47,069 bases of DNA from an uncultured Bacillales bacterium (GTDB lineage Bacteria; Bacillota_I; Bacilli_A; RFN20; CAG-826), in NCBI GenBank assembly GCA_946647665.1, contig CAMPCW010000003.1, positions 1 to 47,069 on the forward strand, in the 5' to 3' direction. The stretch's first letter is position 1. Each line of letters starts with the position of its first letter. A program made the translations under genes and the position numbers. Positions 27,880 to 39,748 of this stretch are shown here, piece after piece. The notes under the pieces are model-generated. The model saw only the letters and a list, made by a program, of their open reading frames with translations. It was not told where the DNA came from and made no database searches.

Positions 27880-28587
27880 ATGGACAAAAGATTTTCCCGA
27901 TTAGAGGCTCTAATTGGAAAAGATAGCTTAGATAAAATCAAAAGCAAAAACATGATTGTTTTTGGTGTAGGTGGAGTCGGTGGATTTGTTGTGGAATCTC
28001 TTGCTAGAAGTGGGTTAGAAAAACTCACAATTGTCGATAATGATGTAGTGGATGAAACTAATATCAATCGACAGATTATCGCTACTAGTGATTCGCTTGG
28101 GAAAAGCAAAGTAGAAATCATGAAGGAGCGAGTGATTTCCATTAATCCGAACGCTCAAATTCTTGCGATTCAAAAATTCTATCTTCCAGAAAATGAAGAG
28201 GAATTTGATTTATCAAAATATGACTATGTGATTGACTGTGTTGATACAGTATCTGCAAAGCTCTCTATTATTTGTAGGGCAAAAAGTTTAGGCGTTCCAG
28301 TTATAACTGCTTTAGGAGCTGGCAATAAATTAGACCCTACTAAATTAGTAGTGTCTGATATTTCTAAAACTGAATATGACCCACTTGCAAAAGTCATTAG
28401 AAAAGAATTAAGAAGTCGGGGAATTAAAGGAGTTAAAGCTGTTTATTCATCTGAATCTTCTAGTAAAGTTGTGGTCGATAGCAATGATTATGGAAGACAT
28501 TCTCCTGCTAGTGCAATCTTTGTTCCGTCAACTATGGGGATACTTATTGCAAAAACTGTGATTGATGATTTGTTAGCCCAAAATTAA
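27880..28587 (+). CDS. tcdA: tRNA threonylcarbamoyladenosine dehydratase (ThiF family)
   Basis: GVGGVGG, TNINRQ, DCVD, GAGNKLDP, DPLAK. Confidence 0.88.
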   Translation: MDKRFSRLEALIGKDSLDKIKSKNMIVFGVGGVGGFVVESLARSGLEKLTIVDNDVVDETNINRQIIATSDSLGKSKVEIMKERVISINPNAQILAIQKFYLPENEEEFDLSKYDYVIDCVDTVSAKLSIICRAKSLGVPVITALGAGNKLDPTKLVVSDISKTEYDPLAKVIRKELRSRGIKGVKAVYSSESSSKVVVDSNDYGRHSPASAIFVPSTMGILIAKTVIDDLLAQN

Positions 28588-28644
28588 TTTATTTAAGAAA
28601 TAACTTGATTTATAGATTGTCTTTTAAGATAATATATTAGCGTT

Positions 28645-28720
28645 GGACCAGTGGTGTAGCGGTTAACATGTCTCCCTGTCACGGAGAAGATCGCGGGTTC
28701 GATTCCCGTCTGGTCCGCCA
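28645..28720 (+). tRNA. tRNA-Asp(GTC)
   Basis: Cloverleaf, anticodon loop CTGTCAC, GGTTCGATTCC T-arm, encoded CCA. Confidence 0.96.
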
Positions 28721-28740
28721 AAAAAACATCTTGAGGACTC

Positions 28741-28816
<76 letters not shown>

Positions 28817-28825
28817 CGAGATTAC

Positions 28826-28856
28826 AAAGCTTGATGAAAATCAGGCTTTTATTTTT
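28826..28856 (+). terminator. Terminator after tRNA pair
   Basis: AAAGCTTGAT-gaaa-ATCAGGCTTT then TATTTTT. Confidence 0.7.
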
Positions 28857-28894
28857 ACCAGTCATTAATAAAAAAGACCTTAAGGTCTTATCTT

Positions 28895-29500
28895 TTACTT
28901 ATTTAAGTTATAAATCAGTATAATCACAATTTGAAGTGGCACCCCAATAAAGAATAAGTACCAATAATTTCCAGAATATAAGAACGATACATAAGCAGAG
29001 GCTAATACTGTCCAGATAAATATCGATCTAAAAATTAATACTGATTTAGGATATTTAAATACTCTTTTTGCTGCAAAAGATATAACAAGTGCAGATACAG
29101 GAACACACCACAAAAATACTACCCAATATCTATTGATATTTGGATCAGAAGTTTTCATATTCCAAATACTGGCTAAATAGATTGTCATTCCAATAGTGAA
29201 AATAATGGTGATTATCAAACAAACAATTAAAGTCTTTTTATTAAAATTAGGAGTTTGCTTAATGATAGACTTAAATTCTTTTTCGTTATTATGTTCACTT
29301 AATATGTAATCAGCAGACACCCCATAAAAATCTGCGATTTGTTTTAAAACATCTACAGAAGGTAATACTGATCCGTTTTCCCATTTAGAGACGGTTTTAT
29401 CACTATAAGAGAATTTCTCTCCAAATTCTAATTGGGTAAATCCGGCTTTTTTACGTAAGAAGGTAAGGTTTTCACCAACGATTTCGTTTAATGATTTCAT
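28895..29500 (-). CDS. XRE-family HTH protein with C-terminal TM helices
   Basis: LRKKAGFTQLEFGEKFSYSDKTVSKWENG; 4 hydrophobic segments. Confidence 0.88.
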   Translation of the reverse strand: MKSLNEIVGENLTFLRKKAGFTQLEFGEKFSYSDKTVSKWENGSVLPSVDVLKQIADFYGVSADYILSEHNNEKEFKSIIKQTPNFNKKTLIVCLIITIIFTIGMTIYLASIWNMKTSDPNINRYWVVFLWCVPVSALVISFAAKRVFKYPKSVLIFRSIFIWTVLASAYVSFLYSGNYWYLFFIGVPLQIVIILIYNLNK

Positions 29501-29694
29501 ATTTATATTGTTATCTAATTAAGAGAGAAGGTCAAATGCTATCTCTTTAATATTATTAAATTAGTTTACTTATTTTTTCTAATTCTCTTTTTGTGAGAGT
29601 ATATTTTTCTATAAGATTTCGAGTGATTTATATTTCTTTATATACGCGCGAACTTGATAATATGCTACAATAATAGACGGCTTTGGGGCCAATT

Positions 29695-31005
29695 ATGAAT
29701 ATTGATTACGATTTAGTATATATTATCTTAATTGCAATAAGCGGAGTATCAATTGTTCTATTGTTGCTTTTATCTATTTATTATTTGATTTATTGGAGCA
29801 TATCCGCTAGACCAGTGCAAATAGTCCCTCATAGCGACAAAAAGACTAAATTTGCTGTTTTAGTTGCGGCTAGAAACGAATCTAATGTTATCGAAAACAT
29901 TATGAATTCTTTAGATAAACAAACTTATCCTCGAGAATATTTTGAGGCATTTTTTATTGTTGAAAGCTTTGATGATCCGACTATTAAGATTGCAGAAAAG
30001 CATGGCTATCAATGGTTTGTTAGAGATCAACTCACTAATGAAAGACACACCAAAGGCTTTGCCTTACAAGAATGTATTAACTGGATGTGGAGAGAAAATA
30101 GGAACTATGATTCTTATTTAATCTTTGATGCGGATAATATCTTAGAGCCTAATTATATTGAAGCAATGAATGATTTAAGACAAACAGGTGTGGAAGTTGG
30201 TTTAGGCTATCGTAGCTTTACTAATGCAGACACTAACTGGGTGACCGCTAACTGTGCTTGTATGTTCTCTTATATGAATCAAATTACTTCCTATGGAAGA
30301 AGTATTCTTTTCCATAAGGCAACTTTAATGGGAACAGGCTATTTTGTTGATGATTCCATTATTAGAGATGCTGGAGGTTGGATCTTTACCGGCATGACTG
30401 AAGATATTCAATTAACAAGTTATTGTTATTATCACGATATCTATATGCGCTATTATCCAGCAGTTTGTTTTTATGATGAACAAGCTAGCGATATGAAAAC
30501 TGTTCATAATCAACACGTCCGTTGGCTAGCGGGATATTTAGCTCCTCGTAAATTTTTAAGAAAAGCTGGTACTCAAAAGGATTATCATTCTAAGAGACTT
30601 CAAAGAATGATGACTAGAGAATTTAAAATCGGAATCATTCCTTTTGTCGTCTTTAATGTTGTGAGCTTTTTAGTAATCGCTGCTGGTATCACCTTTGGTG
30701 TACTTAGTGCATTACACGGACAAGCCTATCAAACAGGAATTATCTTTGCGGTTGTAGGATTCCAGTTCTCGGTTTTATATATGTGCTTTGTTTTAGCCTC
30801 GATGTTATCGATTATTCGTAATCGTAAATATTTAAAATTATCACTTAGAAATCAAATCTGCTGCATCTTGACATATATGTTTTATTTCTATGACTTCTTA
30901 GCAGCGTTTATTGATATAATCTTCCACCCAAGCAAAAGAAACAATTGGGTAAGAATTGATCACTCAGGAACAGTGAATAATAAAGAGATTAGCAATGGCA
31001 AGTAA
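29695..31005 (+). CDS. Glycosyltransferase family 2 (membrane-bound)
   Basis: VAARNE, FDAD, TED, QHVRW motifs; ATG 29695 preferred over TTG 29683. Confidence 0.88.
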   Translation: MNIDYDLVYIILIAISGVSIVLLLLLSIYYLIYWSISARPVQIVPHSDKKTKFAVLVAARNESNVIENIMNSLDKQTYPREYFEAFFIVESFDDPTIKIAEKHGYQWFVRDQLTNERHTKGFALQECINWMWRENRNYDSYLIFDADNILEPNYIEAMNDLRQTGVEVGLGYRSFTNADTNWVTANCACMFSYMNQITSYGRSILFHKATLMGTGYFVDDSIIRDAGGWIFTGMTEDIQLTSYCYYHDIYMRYYPAVCFYDEQASDMKTVHNQHVRWLAGYLAPRKFLRKAGTQKDYHSKRLQRMMTREFKIGIIPFVVFNVVSFLVIAAGITFGVLSALHGQAYQTGIIFAVVGFQFSVLYMCFVLASMLSIIRNRKYLKLSLRNQICCILTYMFYFYDFLAAFIDIIFHPSKRNNWVRIDHSGTVNNKEISNGK

Positions 31006-31813
31006 GAAAGATTGGAAAAAAACTAAAGTCATCTACTGGAAGGATGAAAATAAAGACGACTTCAATGAAGTCGGTTTAAAGCGTCCAAGTGTTCCAGAAG
31101 GTTATAAATATAAAAGAACAAACTTCTTTAATAATTTTATTTCTGCAATCTTTTATCATGGGGTCGCTAAACCTGTTTTAGGGTTTTATTGCTTATGCAA
31201 AGGAATCAAAGTTAAAGGAAAGAAAAACCTTAAAAAGCTTAACGGCAAGGGTGCATTTATCATGTCTAACCATGTTGCAATTAGTGATGTTTTTAAATTT
31301 CAAGCTTTTGTGTTCTTCTTTAGAAGAAGAGTGAATATTTTAGGCTATCCTGATACTTTAACTATGCCAATAGTAAGAAATCTAACTAGAGCGTTAGGTT
31401 ATCTTCCTCTACCTTTACCAGGAGATTTAAAAAACATGGTCTCTTTAGTGGATTCTTTTAAATTTTATTTAGAAAAAAGACAATATATTTTAATTTATCC
31501 TGAAGCCCATATTTGGCCATATTACACGAAAATCAGAAACTTCCACGGTGGTTCGTTTAATTATCCTGCAAAATTAGAAGCGCCTGTACTTCCAGTTGTG
31601 ACTACTTGGAGAAAATCTAAATTATGTAAAAAGCCAAAACAAACTCTATATATTTTAGAGCCAATTTTCCCTGATCCAAATAAATCAAGCAGTGATAACA
31701 AAGAGTATTTATATCAAGCGACTTTAGAAGCGATGAAAAAATGTTCTGAATCTGTCAATCAATATGAATATATAAAATATATACATGTTGAAAATGAAAA
31801 AGATAAGCAATAA
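30995..31813 (+). CDS. Lysophospholipid acyltransferase (PlsC-like)
   Basis: SNHVAISD, YPEAH, PVLPV; overlaps GT2 stop. Confidence 0.85.
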   Translation: MASKKDWKKTKVIYWKDENKDDFNEVGLKRPSVPEGYKYKRTNFFNNFISAIFYHGVAKPVLGFYCLCKGIKVKGKKNLKKLNGKGAFIMSNHVAISDVFKFQAFVFFFRRRVNILGYPDTLTMPIVRNLTRALGYLPLPLPGDLKNMVSLVDSFKFYLEKRQYILIYPEAHIWPYYTKIRNFHGGSFNYPAKLEAPVLPVVTTWRKSKLCKKPKQTLYILEPIFPDPNKSSSDNKEYLYQATLEAMKKCSESVNQYEYIKYIHVENEKDKQ

Positions 31814-32279
31814 AATAATTGGCAATATGATTACCGTAAAGAAGAAATTAACCTTACCAGAATATCGAGAAAGAAAAGAAGTTTATAAGACTCTCGGCTA
31901 TAAAGAAATCAGCATGGAAGAAAAAGGCTACCACGCGATTGTTACTTATGAGATTGACGAGACCGATAAACATTATCCTGCGATTAAGCATTTAGAAAGA
32001 AAGCTTTATCGAAAAGGACCATCTTTTTTACCAGTTATCCTCTTTGTTGGTGTATCCTTCATATTCCTTTCCATATTTGTTATTTTTATGGCGGTTCAAG
32101 GCAGTCAATTCAATTTAATCGCCAATGCATTAGGATTTTTAATCCCTGCATTTGTCTCCCTTGCTTTAGCGGTTATCTACACATATTTATACATTAGTAT
32201 AAATAAAAGAATTATCGAAGAGGCACCATATCTCAAAGCAAATTTATCCTCTATTGTTGATTCAATAAAAAATAAATAA
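31785..32279 (+). CDS. Hypothetical membrane protein (2 TM)
   Basis: ORF with two hydrophobic helices; start uncertain (ATG 31827 possible). Confidence 0.65.
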   Translation: MLKMKKISNKIIGNMITVKKKLTLPEYRERKEVYKTLGYKEISMEEKGYHAIVTYEIDETDKHYPAIKHLERKLYRKGPSFLPVILFVGVSFIFLSIFVIFMAVQGSQFNLIANALGFLIPAFVSLALAVIYTYLYISINKRIIEEAPYLKANLSSIVDSIKNK

Positions 32280-32338
32280 GTCCTTAATTTTTTGGATAAA
32301 TTAAGATATAATTTCTCCAATAATGATGAGGGCTTTTT

Positions 32339-35300
32339 ATGTTAGAGTTAATTAAAATTAAAAAAGACTATAAACTAAAAGATCAAGAGCCAGTTCATGC
32401 TTTAAAAGGAATTTCTTTAAATTTCCGCAGCCATGAATTTGTCGCAATCCTTGGTCCATCTGGATGTGGCAAGACCACACTTTTAAATATTACTGGTGGC
32501 TTAGACCATTATGACGAAGGCGACTTAGTCATTAAAGGTAGAAGCACTAAAAACTTTAGCGAATCTGATTGGGATACATATCGTAATCACTCTATCGGAT
32601 TTGTTTTCCAATCCTATAACTTAATCCCTCACCAGACTATTATCAAAAACGTCGAACTTGCTTTAACTATTTCCGGCATTGGTAAAGAAGAAAGAGCTAG
32701 ACGTGCTAGAGAAGCTTTAGACTTAGTTGGCTTAAAAGGTTTATATAAAAAGAAACCAAATCAACTTTCTGGAGGACAAATGCAACGTGTCTCTATCGCT
32801 AGAGCGTTAGTCAATAATCCAGAAATCGTTTTAGCGGATGAGCCTACTGGCGCTTTAGATAGTGAAACTTCTGTCCAAGTTATGGATATCATGAAAGATA
32901 TTGCTAAGAATCACTTAGTGATTATGGTTACCCATAACCCAGAACTTGCTGAAAAATACGCAACCCGTATTGTGAAGATGAAAGATGGAGAAATCTTAGA
33001 TGATAGTGATCCATATGACGGGAAAGACGAAGTATATGAAGAAGTAACTCAAGAAGTAGTTGAAGTTAATAAAGGTAAAAAGAAACATTCCTCTATGGGA
33101 TTTTTCACTGCTTTTGCGTTATCTTTATCTAATTTACATAGTAAATTAAAAAGAACAATCTTAGTGGCTATTGCCGGCTCAATTGGTATTATTGGTGTTT
33201 CTACCGTTTTAGCGGTATCTCACGGAGTTAATAACTTTATCGATGAGATGCAAAATGACCTACTTTCTTCTTATCCAATTCAAATCGCAGAAGAAAGTGT
33301 TGATTTAAATTCTCTTGTTACTGGATTAATGAATCAGGAAAAAGAGAATTTGGCGAATTTTGATATTACTACACAAGTTGGTATGGACTCTATGATTAGT
33401 TATTTATTAACTAAATACACAGATTTGACTAATGTTAAGACCAATGATATCACTACTGAATTTGTGGAATATATGAATAAAATGCCGAAAGATTATTATT
33501 CAGCGATGAGTATGAATTATTCTATCGACCCAACCAACAACATCTTTACCGCTTTTAAAAAGAGCGAAGAGGCTGATAAAGAAATTATTTCTATTAACGG
33601 CTTAACTCAACAATATATTAAAACTTTAATGACTGTTAAAGGATTTAATGAATACGCTCAATTCGTGGATTTGTTCACAAACTTTATGAAACAACTCCCT
33701 GCGGAAGAGCCATATTTAAGTACTCAATATGATTTGATAGGTAATTCAAGATATCCAACTAAGGATGATGAAATCTTATTAGTTGTTGATAAAGACCAAA
33801 CTTTAACTGATTTAGTGTTTGCTCAACTTGGCTATTATCCTCAAGAAACATTCCTAAATGTTGCCAAAAGAGCAATTAAGTTAAACGAATTAAAACTTCA
33901 ATACGAAAAACAAGAACCTCCAATGAGCAAAGAGGAATATGAACAAAAGAAACAACAAATTATTGATAAATATCCATATAACGTGGCTTTTGATATTGAA
34001 GAGATTTTAGGACATGAATTCTATTATCTCCCACACGAAGAGCTCTATAGCGAAGGCTCCACATTAGTGTCTCATAAACAAATCACCATGGAACTTAAAG
34101 GTGAACTCGCTAGTGGGGGAGATTATTATTTATCTCTTGATTACAATCCTGAAAGTGATTCTTTAAGTGGTAAATCTTTTGAAATTACTTCTGCAGGTGC
34201 AAAAATGCATACAGTTGTCGCAACTAGAATGAGCGAAGCTCAAAGAGGCGACCCAACTCATAGTGAACTCGACGGACAATGGTCATATATTTATGTTGAT
34301 AGTATCGACCGTGACACTCTTGAATTAATTAGCGAATTAAGAACAAAACAAACTATGCAAGAAATCATTGCTTTCATTATGGCGCATCCTGAACTTGCTA
34401 ATATTATTCATTTAATGAATATCACTTCTTCTAATCCAAGTTCTCCAAAAGATAGAACAGTTGTCTTTAACACAATTAATGGAAGTATTAGTGGATTAAT
34501 GGGACCATATGTGACTAATTTACAACCTAGTGGCACTAATCCTGGTATTACTGAAATTGAACCATTAACTCCAGATTATTCTTATAACGCCGTAATTGAT
34601 CCTACTGATAGTAAATATGAGGGAAAAATTAGACCAATGAAAGTTGTTGGCATTTTAAAACCAAAATCAACAACTAGATTTGGTTCATTAAGACGTGGTG
34701 TATATTTCACCAAGGCCTTTACCGAAACTTATAAAACTGACTCTAGAGCAAGCTCTATTTACGCTGATTTTGAAGAACATATTATGGAGAAAAGATACAT
34801 TGAATCTCAATTCAATGCTTATGTCGAATTTGAATATGATGATTATACCGATGAAGATAATCCAGTGGTGAAAAAAGGCTATGCTGGATGTCTTAACGGC
34901 GACCAATCATCGACAATGTCATCTATTTTTGCTTCTTTCTTAAATATGGGTCAAGATAATCTAAAGACTGACAAATTACATTTCCGTGCTTTAGCAGGAT
35001 TAAAAATAGTGGATATTACTGATCCTGATGATTCTTCTATTATTATAGACCACGAAATTAGGAATGTTCCTCAATCAATTTCGATTTATCCAAAGGATTT
35101 TGCGAAAAAAGATTTAGTAACTAACTACATCAAAGATTGGAACAAAACCGCTGAAAAAGAAATTACGTATACTGATACAATTAGCGCAATTGTTGCCATT
35201 ATCTCAACTTTAGTTACTACTGTTAGTATTGCTTTAGTGGCCTTTACTTCCTTATCCTTAGTTGTTTCTTGCTTCATGATTGCCGTCATTACTTATATCT

Positions 35301-35620
35301 CGGTTATGGAGCGTGTTAAAGAAATTGGTGTTATTAGATCTCTTGGTGGACGTAAGAAAGACGTTTCACGTCTATTTATCGCCGAGAATTTAATTACTGG
35401 CTTTGCTAGTGGCGCTTTAGGAATTATAGTGACTTATATCTTACAACTCATTATCAATGCGATTGTTTCTCCATTTGGAGTAAGCAATATCGCTGCCCTT
35501 CCATTCTTGTGGGCATTAATTATGATTGCTTTAAGTATCTTCTTAAGCGTTATCAGCGGACTTATCCCATCATTTAGTGCTTCTAAACAAGATCCAGTAG
35601 TGGCTTTAAGAACAGAATAA
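32339..35620 (+). CDS. Fused ABC ATPase/FtsX permease (MacB-like)
   Basis: [25 protein letters not shown]; C-terminal [27 protein letters not shown]; very large extracellular loop. Confidence 0.9.
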   Translation: MLELIKIKKDYKLKDQEPVHALKGISLNFRSHEFVAILGPSGCGKTTLLNITGGLDHYDEGDLVIKGRSTKNFSESDWDTYRNHSIGFVFQSYNLIPHQTIIKNVELALTISGIGKEERARRAREALDLVGLKGLYKKKPNQLSGGQMQRVSIARALVNNPEIVLADEPTGALDSETSVQVMDIMKDIAKNHLVIMVTHNPELAEKYATRIVKMKDGEILDDSDPYDGKDEVYEEVTQEVVEVNKGKKKHSSMGFFTAFALSLSNLHSKLKRTILVAIAGSIGIIGVSTVLAVSHGVNNFIDEMQNDLLSSYPIQIAEESVDLNSLVTGLMNQEKENLANFDITTQVGMDSMISYLLTKYTDLTNVKTNDITTEFVEYMNKMPKDYYSAMSMNYSIDPTNNIFTAFKKSEEADKEIISINGLTQQYIKTLMTVKGFNEYAQFVDLFTNFMKQLPAEEPYLSTQYDLIGNSRYPTKDDEILLVVDKDQTLTDLVFAQLGYYPQETFLNVAKRAIKLNELKLQYEKQEPPMSKEEYEQKKQQIIDKYPYNVAFDIEEILGHEFYYLPHEELYSEGSTLVSHKQITMELKGELASGGDYYLSLDYNPESDSLSGKSFEITSAGAKMHTVVATRMSEAQRGDPTHSELDGQWSYIYVDSIDRDTLELISELRTKQTMQEIIAFIMAHPELANIIHLMNITSSNPSSPKDRTVVFNTINGSISGLMGPYVTNLQPSGTNPGITEIEPLTPDYSYNAVIDPTDSKYEGKIRPMKVVGILKPKSTTRFGSLRRGVYFTKAFTETYKTDSRASSIYADFEEHIMEKRYIESQFNAYVEFEYDDYTDEDNPVVKKGYAGCLNGDQSSTMSSIFASFLNMGQDNLKTDKLHFRALAGLKIVDITDPDDSSIIIDHEIRNVPQSISIYPKDFAKKDLVTNYIKDWNKTAEKEITYTDTISAIVAIISTLVTTVSIALVAFTSLSLVVSCFMIAVITYISVMERVKEIGVIRSLGGRKKDVSRLFIAENLITGFASGALGIIVTYILQLIINAIVSPFGVSNIAALPFLWALIMIALSIFLSVISGLIPSFSASKQDPVVALRTE

Positions 35621-35622
35621 AA

Positions 35623-36915
35623 ATGAAAAAAGTTGGTCTAGTATCATTAGGATGTTCAAAAAACCTCGTTGATAGCGAGAATATTTTAGGATTATTTGAC
35701 CGTAATGGTTATGAAATCACTAATGATCCAAAAGACGCCGATATTATTGTTGTTAATACGTGTGGCTTTATTGAGCCAAGTAAAAAAGAATCCATCGAAA
35801 ATATTTTAGAGATGGTTTCTTATCATAAAAAAGTTGTCGTTACTGGTTGTTTAGCGGAGCGTTACTACGAAGAACTTAAAAAAGAAATCCCAGAAGTGGA
35901 TTTATTTATTCCAATTAGAGACTATGATAAATTTAATAAACTATTATATAGTTTAGATAACTCCATTGACCAAACTTTAGGAGTGGACGACGAATATCGA
36001 ATTGTTTCTACCGGTCCATATAGTGCTTATTTAAAAATAGGTGAAGGATGCGACAATCGATGTAGCTATTGTGCAATTCCTTTAATTAGAGGACATTTTG
36101 TTTCTAGAGACATGGCCTCAATTATTAAAGAAGCAAAAGACTTAGCCTCTAACGGAATTAAAGAAATAGTGGTCTTACAGCAAGACACAACTAAGTACGG
36201 CATAGATATTGGTGACCCAAATGTTAATATTTTTTCTTTATTAAAAGAACTATTAAAAATAAAAGAATTTGACTATATCCGTTTACTATATTTATATCCT
36301 GATGAAATAAGCGATGAATTAATTGAATTAATTGGTAAAGAATCTCGACTTACTCCATATTTTGATATTCCAATTCAACATAGCGAGTCTAATATCTTAA
36401 AAGCGATGTATCGAAGAGGAGATAAAGAGTTCCTTATTAAATTATTTAATAAGATTAGAACCAAAGTCCCTAATGCGATTTTAAGAACCACCGTGATGGT
36501 GGGTTTCCCAGGAGAAACAGAAGAGGATGTTAATAATCTTATTGAATTTATGAAAAATATTAAATTTGATCATCTAGGCGCTTTTACATACTCACAAGAA
36601 GAAGATACAGACGCCGCTAAATTGCCAAATCAAATCGAAGAATGTGAAAAAGTAAAAAGAAAAGATAAAGTCATGAAAGCTCAGCAAAAGATTTCTTATC
36701 AACAAAATAAGAAACATGTTGGTGAAATTATGGAAGGCTTAGTGGTTGGAAAGGATAATGAAAATTATCTTTTAAGAAGTTATTGGAACGCTCCTGACGA
36801 TGTTGATGGTAAAATATATTTTAGTAGTAATAAAGAACTACATATCGGAGACAAGGTGAAAGTAAAAATTAATAACGCTTTTGTCTACGATTTAATGGGG
36901 GAATATGTTTCCTAA
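35623..36915 (+). CDS. rimO: Ribosomal protein S12 methylthiotransferase
   Basis: SLGCSKNLVDSE, NTCGFI, radical SAM CDNRCSYC, APDDVDG, YDL.G TRAM end. Confidence 0.93.
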   Translation: MKKVGLVSLGCSKNLVDSENILGLFDRNGYEITNDPKDADIIVVNTCGFIEPSKKESIENILEMVSYHKKVVVTGCLAERYYEELKKEIPEVDLFIPIRDYDKFNKLLYSLDNSIDQTLGVDDEYRIVSTGPYSAYLKIGEGCDNRCSYCAIPLIRGHFVSRDMASIIKEAKDLASNGIKEIVVLQQDTTKYGIDIGDPNVNIFSLLKELLKIKEFDYIRLLYLYPDEISDELIELIGKESRLTPYFDIPIQHSESNILKAMYRRGDKEFLIKLFNKIRTKVPNAILRTTVMVGFPGETEEDVNNLIEFMKNIKFDHLGAFTYSQEEDTDAAKLPNQIEECEKVKRKDKVMKAQQKISYQQNKKHVGEIMEGLVVGKDNENYLLRSYWNAPDDVDGKIYFSSNKELHIGDKVKVKINNAFVYDLMGEYVS

Positions 36916-39334
36916 AGATTTAACTTTACTGCCACATGAAATAGCTCACTATAAGACTTTAGAGTCTTTAGCAGGCGAATGTACCTTATTTTTAAAACGT
37001 GATAATATTGCTTTCCCTATTGATAAGCCTTGTAAAGTAGCTTTATTTGGTAGTGGGGCAAGACACACCTTAAAAGGTGGAACAGGAAGTGGAGACGTTA
37101 ATTCACACTTTTTTAATAATATTGAAACTGAATTGGAGCTTAAAGGTTTTACCATAACCACTAAAAAGTGGTTAGATGCTTATGACCAAGTTAAAAAGAA
37201 TAAGCACATCTCTTTTATAAAAAGAGTAAAAGAAGACGCTAAAAGGCTTGGCATTGGTGCTCCTGCTTATTCTGTTGGTCAAATAGATAAAGAAGTAGAA
37301 TATGATATCCCAATTGAAGAATATAAAGGGGATATTTGCATTTATGTTTTAAGTAGAGTTAGTGGAGAATCCGCTGATAGGAAATTAGAAAAAGGTGATG
37401 TCCTTTTAACTGATACCGAAATAGATGATATTCTCTATTTAAACAAGAAATTTGATAAATTCATGCTGGTTTTAAATGTTTCCGGCGTTGTTGATTTATC
37501 ACCAGTACAAAAAGTTAAAAACATATTCTTGTTATCGCAATTAGGAGTTGTTACTTCTTCAATATTAGTAAAGGTCATTTTAGGAGAAATTAACCCAAGC
37601 GGAAAACTTTCAGATTCTTGGGCTAAAGTTATTGACTATCCTTACATCAATGAATTTGGTGATATAAATGAAACTAGATATTTAGAAGGAATTTATGTCG
37701 GATATCGTTATTTTAATTCTAAAGGAATAGTGCCGCTTTTCCCATTTGGATATGGTCTATCTTATTCGCAATTTAGTCATGAATTTTTAAAATATGAAAT
37801 AGTGGGAAATAAACTAGTATTGAAGGTTAAAGTAAATAACGAATCTAATCATCCTGGAAAAGACGTTATTCAAATATATGTAACAGTGGATGGAAGAATT
37901 AATACTCCAAGAAACACCTTAATTTATTTTGCTAAAACTGACACGATTAAGGCTCATAGTTCTGTTGATTTGACTCTAAAAATTCGTTTATCCGTTTTAA
38001 CAATTTTCGATGATGTTAATAACACTTATGTTATTCAAAAAGGAACATATTTAATTAGAGGTGGCTCTAATAGTGTGGACCTTACTAATATCTTAAAAAT
38101 CTATGTTAAAGATGACATTATCTTAAAAAGTGTTGAGCCAGTTTTATCCTCTCCAGATTTTAAAGATTTAGATATTGGATATCGCGAAGATATAGAAATT
38201 ATTAATGTTCCTGAAATTGAACTTCAATCTGCAAAATTTTATCATCAGAAGTCATTTTATGCGCGCAAATTCGATTTAACGGTCCCTGAATATATTAAAA
38301 AATTATCACTTGATGATTTGATTTTATTAAATATTGGTGATTATAAAACCGGACTTGCTGGGGCAATAGGTCAATCTGGATCTTTAGTTCCAGGAGCAGC
38401 TGGAGAAACTACTTTAAGATTAAAAGATTTAAATCACGCTTTAGTGATGGCGGATGGACCAGCTGGGTTACGTTTAATTAGTGAATATAAAGTTAATCAT
38501 AAAGGAACATATAATCTAGTCGAAGATTCAATTTGGAAAGGCGTTAAAGAGTTTGTTCCTGGCATTGCTAGAAGATTATTTGACGTTAAAAAGAATCATA
38601 AGAAAAAAGGAAATGTTGTTTATCAATATTGCACCGCTATTCCAATTGCTACGGCTATAGCTCAATCCTTTAATAGTGATTTAGCTAACAAAATTGGTAG
38701 GTTAGTTGCAGAAGAGATGAAAATCTATGATGTTGATATCTGGCTTGCTCCTGCTATGAACATCCATAGAAATATATTATGTGGCAGAAATTTTGAATAT
38801 TATTCTGAAGATCCTCTTCTTAGCGGAGTAATTGCTACAAGTGTTGTAAAAGGAGTGCAGGCTAGTGAAAAATTAGCGTGTATTAAACATTTTGTGTGTA
38901 ACAACCAAGAAACTAATCGTTTTAACTCTAACTCTATTGTTTCTGAACGCGCTTTTAGAGAGATTTATTTAAGAGGATTTGATTTAGCTCTTATTGACTC
39001 TTCTCCAGCGTGTATTATGACTAGCTACAACTTGGTAAACGGAATTCACGTTTCAGAGAATTTAAATTTGTTAGTGAAAGTCATTAGAAATGAATGGGCG
39101 TATAACGGACTGATTATGAGTGACTGGATTATTACTGGTCAAATTAATAACAAGAAATCTAAATATCCATCTATTAGAGCGTCTAAATGTCTCGCTAGTG
39201 GAGTTAATATCTGTATGCCTGGAAGTAAGAAAGATATTAAAGATATTAAAAAAGCTTATAAAAAAGGTGAAATCACTAGAGAAGTGTTAGAAAGAAACGC
39301 TACTAAGCTATATTATTTGATTAATGGTAAATAA
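36905..39334 (+). CDS. GH3 beta-glucosidase with permuted domain order
   Basis: GGTGSG and NPSGKL sandwich domain first, YLEGIYVGYRY, then barrel motifs ADGPAG, CGRNFEYYSEDP, KHF, MTSYN, MSDW nucleophile. Confidence 0.92.
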   Translation: MFPKDLTLLPHEIAHYKTLESLAGECTLFLKRDNIAFPIDKPCKVALFGSGARHTLKGGTGSGDVNSHFFNNIETELELKGFTITTKKWLDAYDQVKKNKHISFIKRVKEDAKRLGIGAPAYSVGQIDKEVEYDIPIEEYKGDICIYVLSRVSGESADRKLEKGDVLLTDTEIDDILYLNKKFDKFMLVLNVSGVVDLSPVQKVKNIFLLSQLGVVTSSILVKVILGEINPSGKLSDSWAKVIDYPYINEFGDINETRYLEGIYVGYRYFNSKGIVPLFPFGYGLSYSQFSHEFLKYEIVGNKLVLKVKVNNESNHPGKDVIQIYVTVDGRINTPRNTLIYFAKTDTIKAHSSVDLTLKIRLSVLTIFDDVNNTYVIQKGTYLIRGGSNSVDLTNILKIYVKDDIILKSVEPVLSSPDFKDLDIGYREDIEIINVPEIELQSAKFYHQKSFYARKFDLTVPEYIKKLSLDDLILLNIGDYKTGLAGAIGQSGSLVPGAAGETTLRLKDLNHALVMADGPAGLRLISEYKVNHKGTYNLVEDSIWKGVKEFVPGIARRLFDVKKNHKKKGNVVYQYCTAIPIATAIAQSFNSDLANKIGRLVAEEMKIYDVDIWLAPAMNIHRNILCGRNFEYYSEDPLLSGVIATSVVKGVQASEKLACIKHFVCNNQETNRFNSNSIVSERAFREIYLRGFDLALIDSSPACIMTSYNLVNGIHVSENLNLLVKVIRNEWAYNGLIMSDWIITGQINNKKSKYPSIRASKCLASGVNICMPGSKKDIKDIKKAYKKGEITREVLERNATKLYYLINGK

Positions 39335-39397
39335 AATATATGAATATACTTGTATTAATTTTTCATTTTTTCTATAATCTATTCTCGTAAACCGCTT

Positions 39398-39471
39398 GCC
39401 TCCTTAGTTAAGTGGTATAACGGATCCATGGTAAGGATCTATTGCTAGTTCGATTCTGGCAGGAGGCACCA
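39398..39471 (+). tRNA. tRNA-Thr(GGT)
   Basis: GCCTCCT/AGGAGGC acceptor stem, GATCC-ATGGTAA-GGATC anticodon arm, TTCGATT T-loop, CCA. Confidence 0.93.
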
Positions 39472-39748
39472 TCATAAGTACACAATCCTTGATACAATTC
39501 GTATTGAGGATTTTTTCTTTGATTACATCGCACTTTTTTGAAACATGGCCACTGTATTAAGCTTTGCATTACGTGCTTTTATTTACTAATATTGCCTAAA
39601 ATATCATTGCCATTTTCATAATCGAAGCTTTACTCATCGTAGCGAAACTATACTAATCGTGTCTAATCTTTACTTGTTTTTGTGGAATAAATAAATGGAT
39701 CATGTTAATCTTATTTTTAAGATCAATAGTTCTTAAAAGGAGCAAAGT

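Noticed and set aside
36905-39334. Reversed GH3 domain order as a novelty
   Set aside because: The permuted architecture is an established GH3 subtype in rumen and gut Bacillota.
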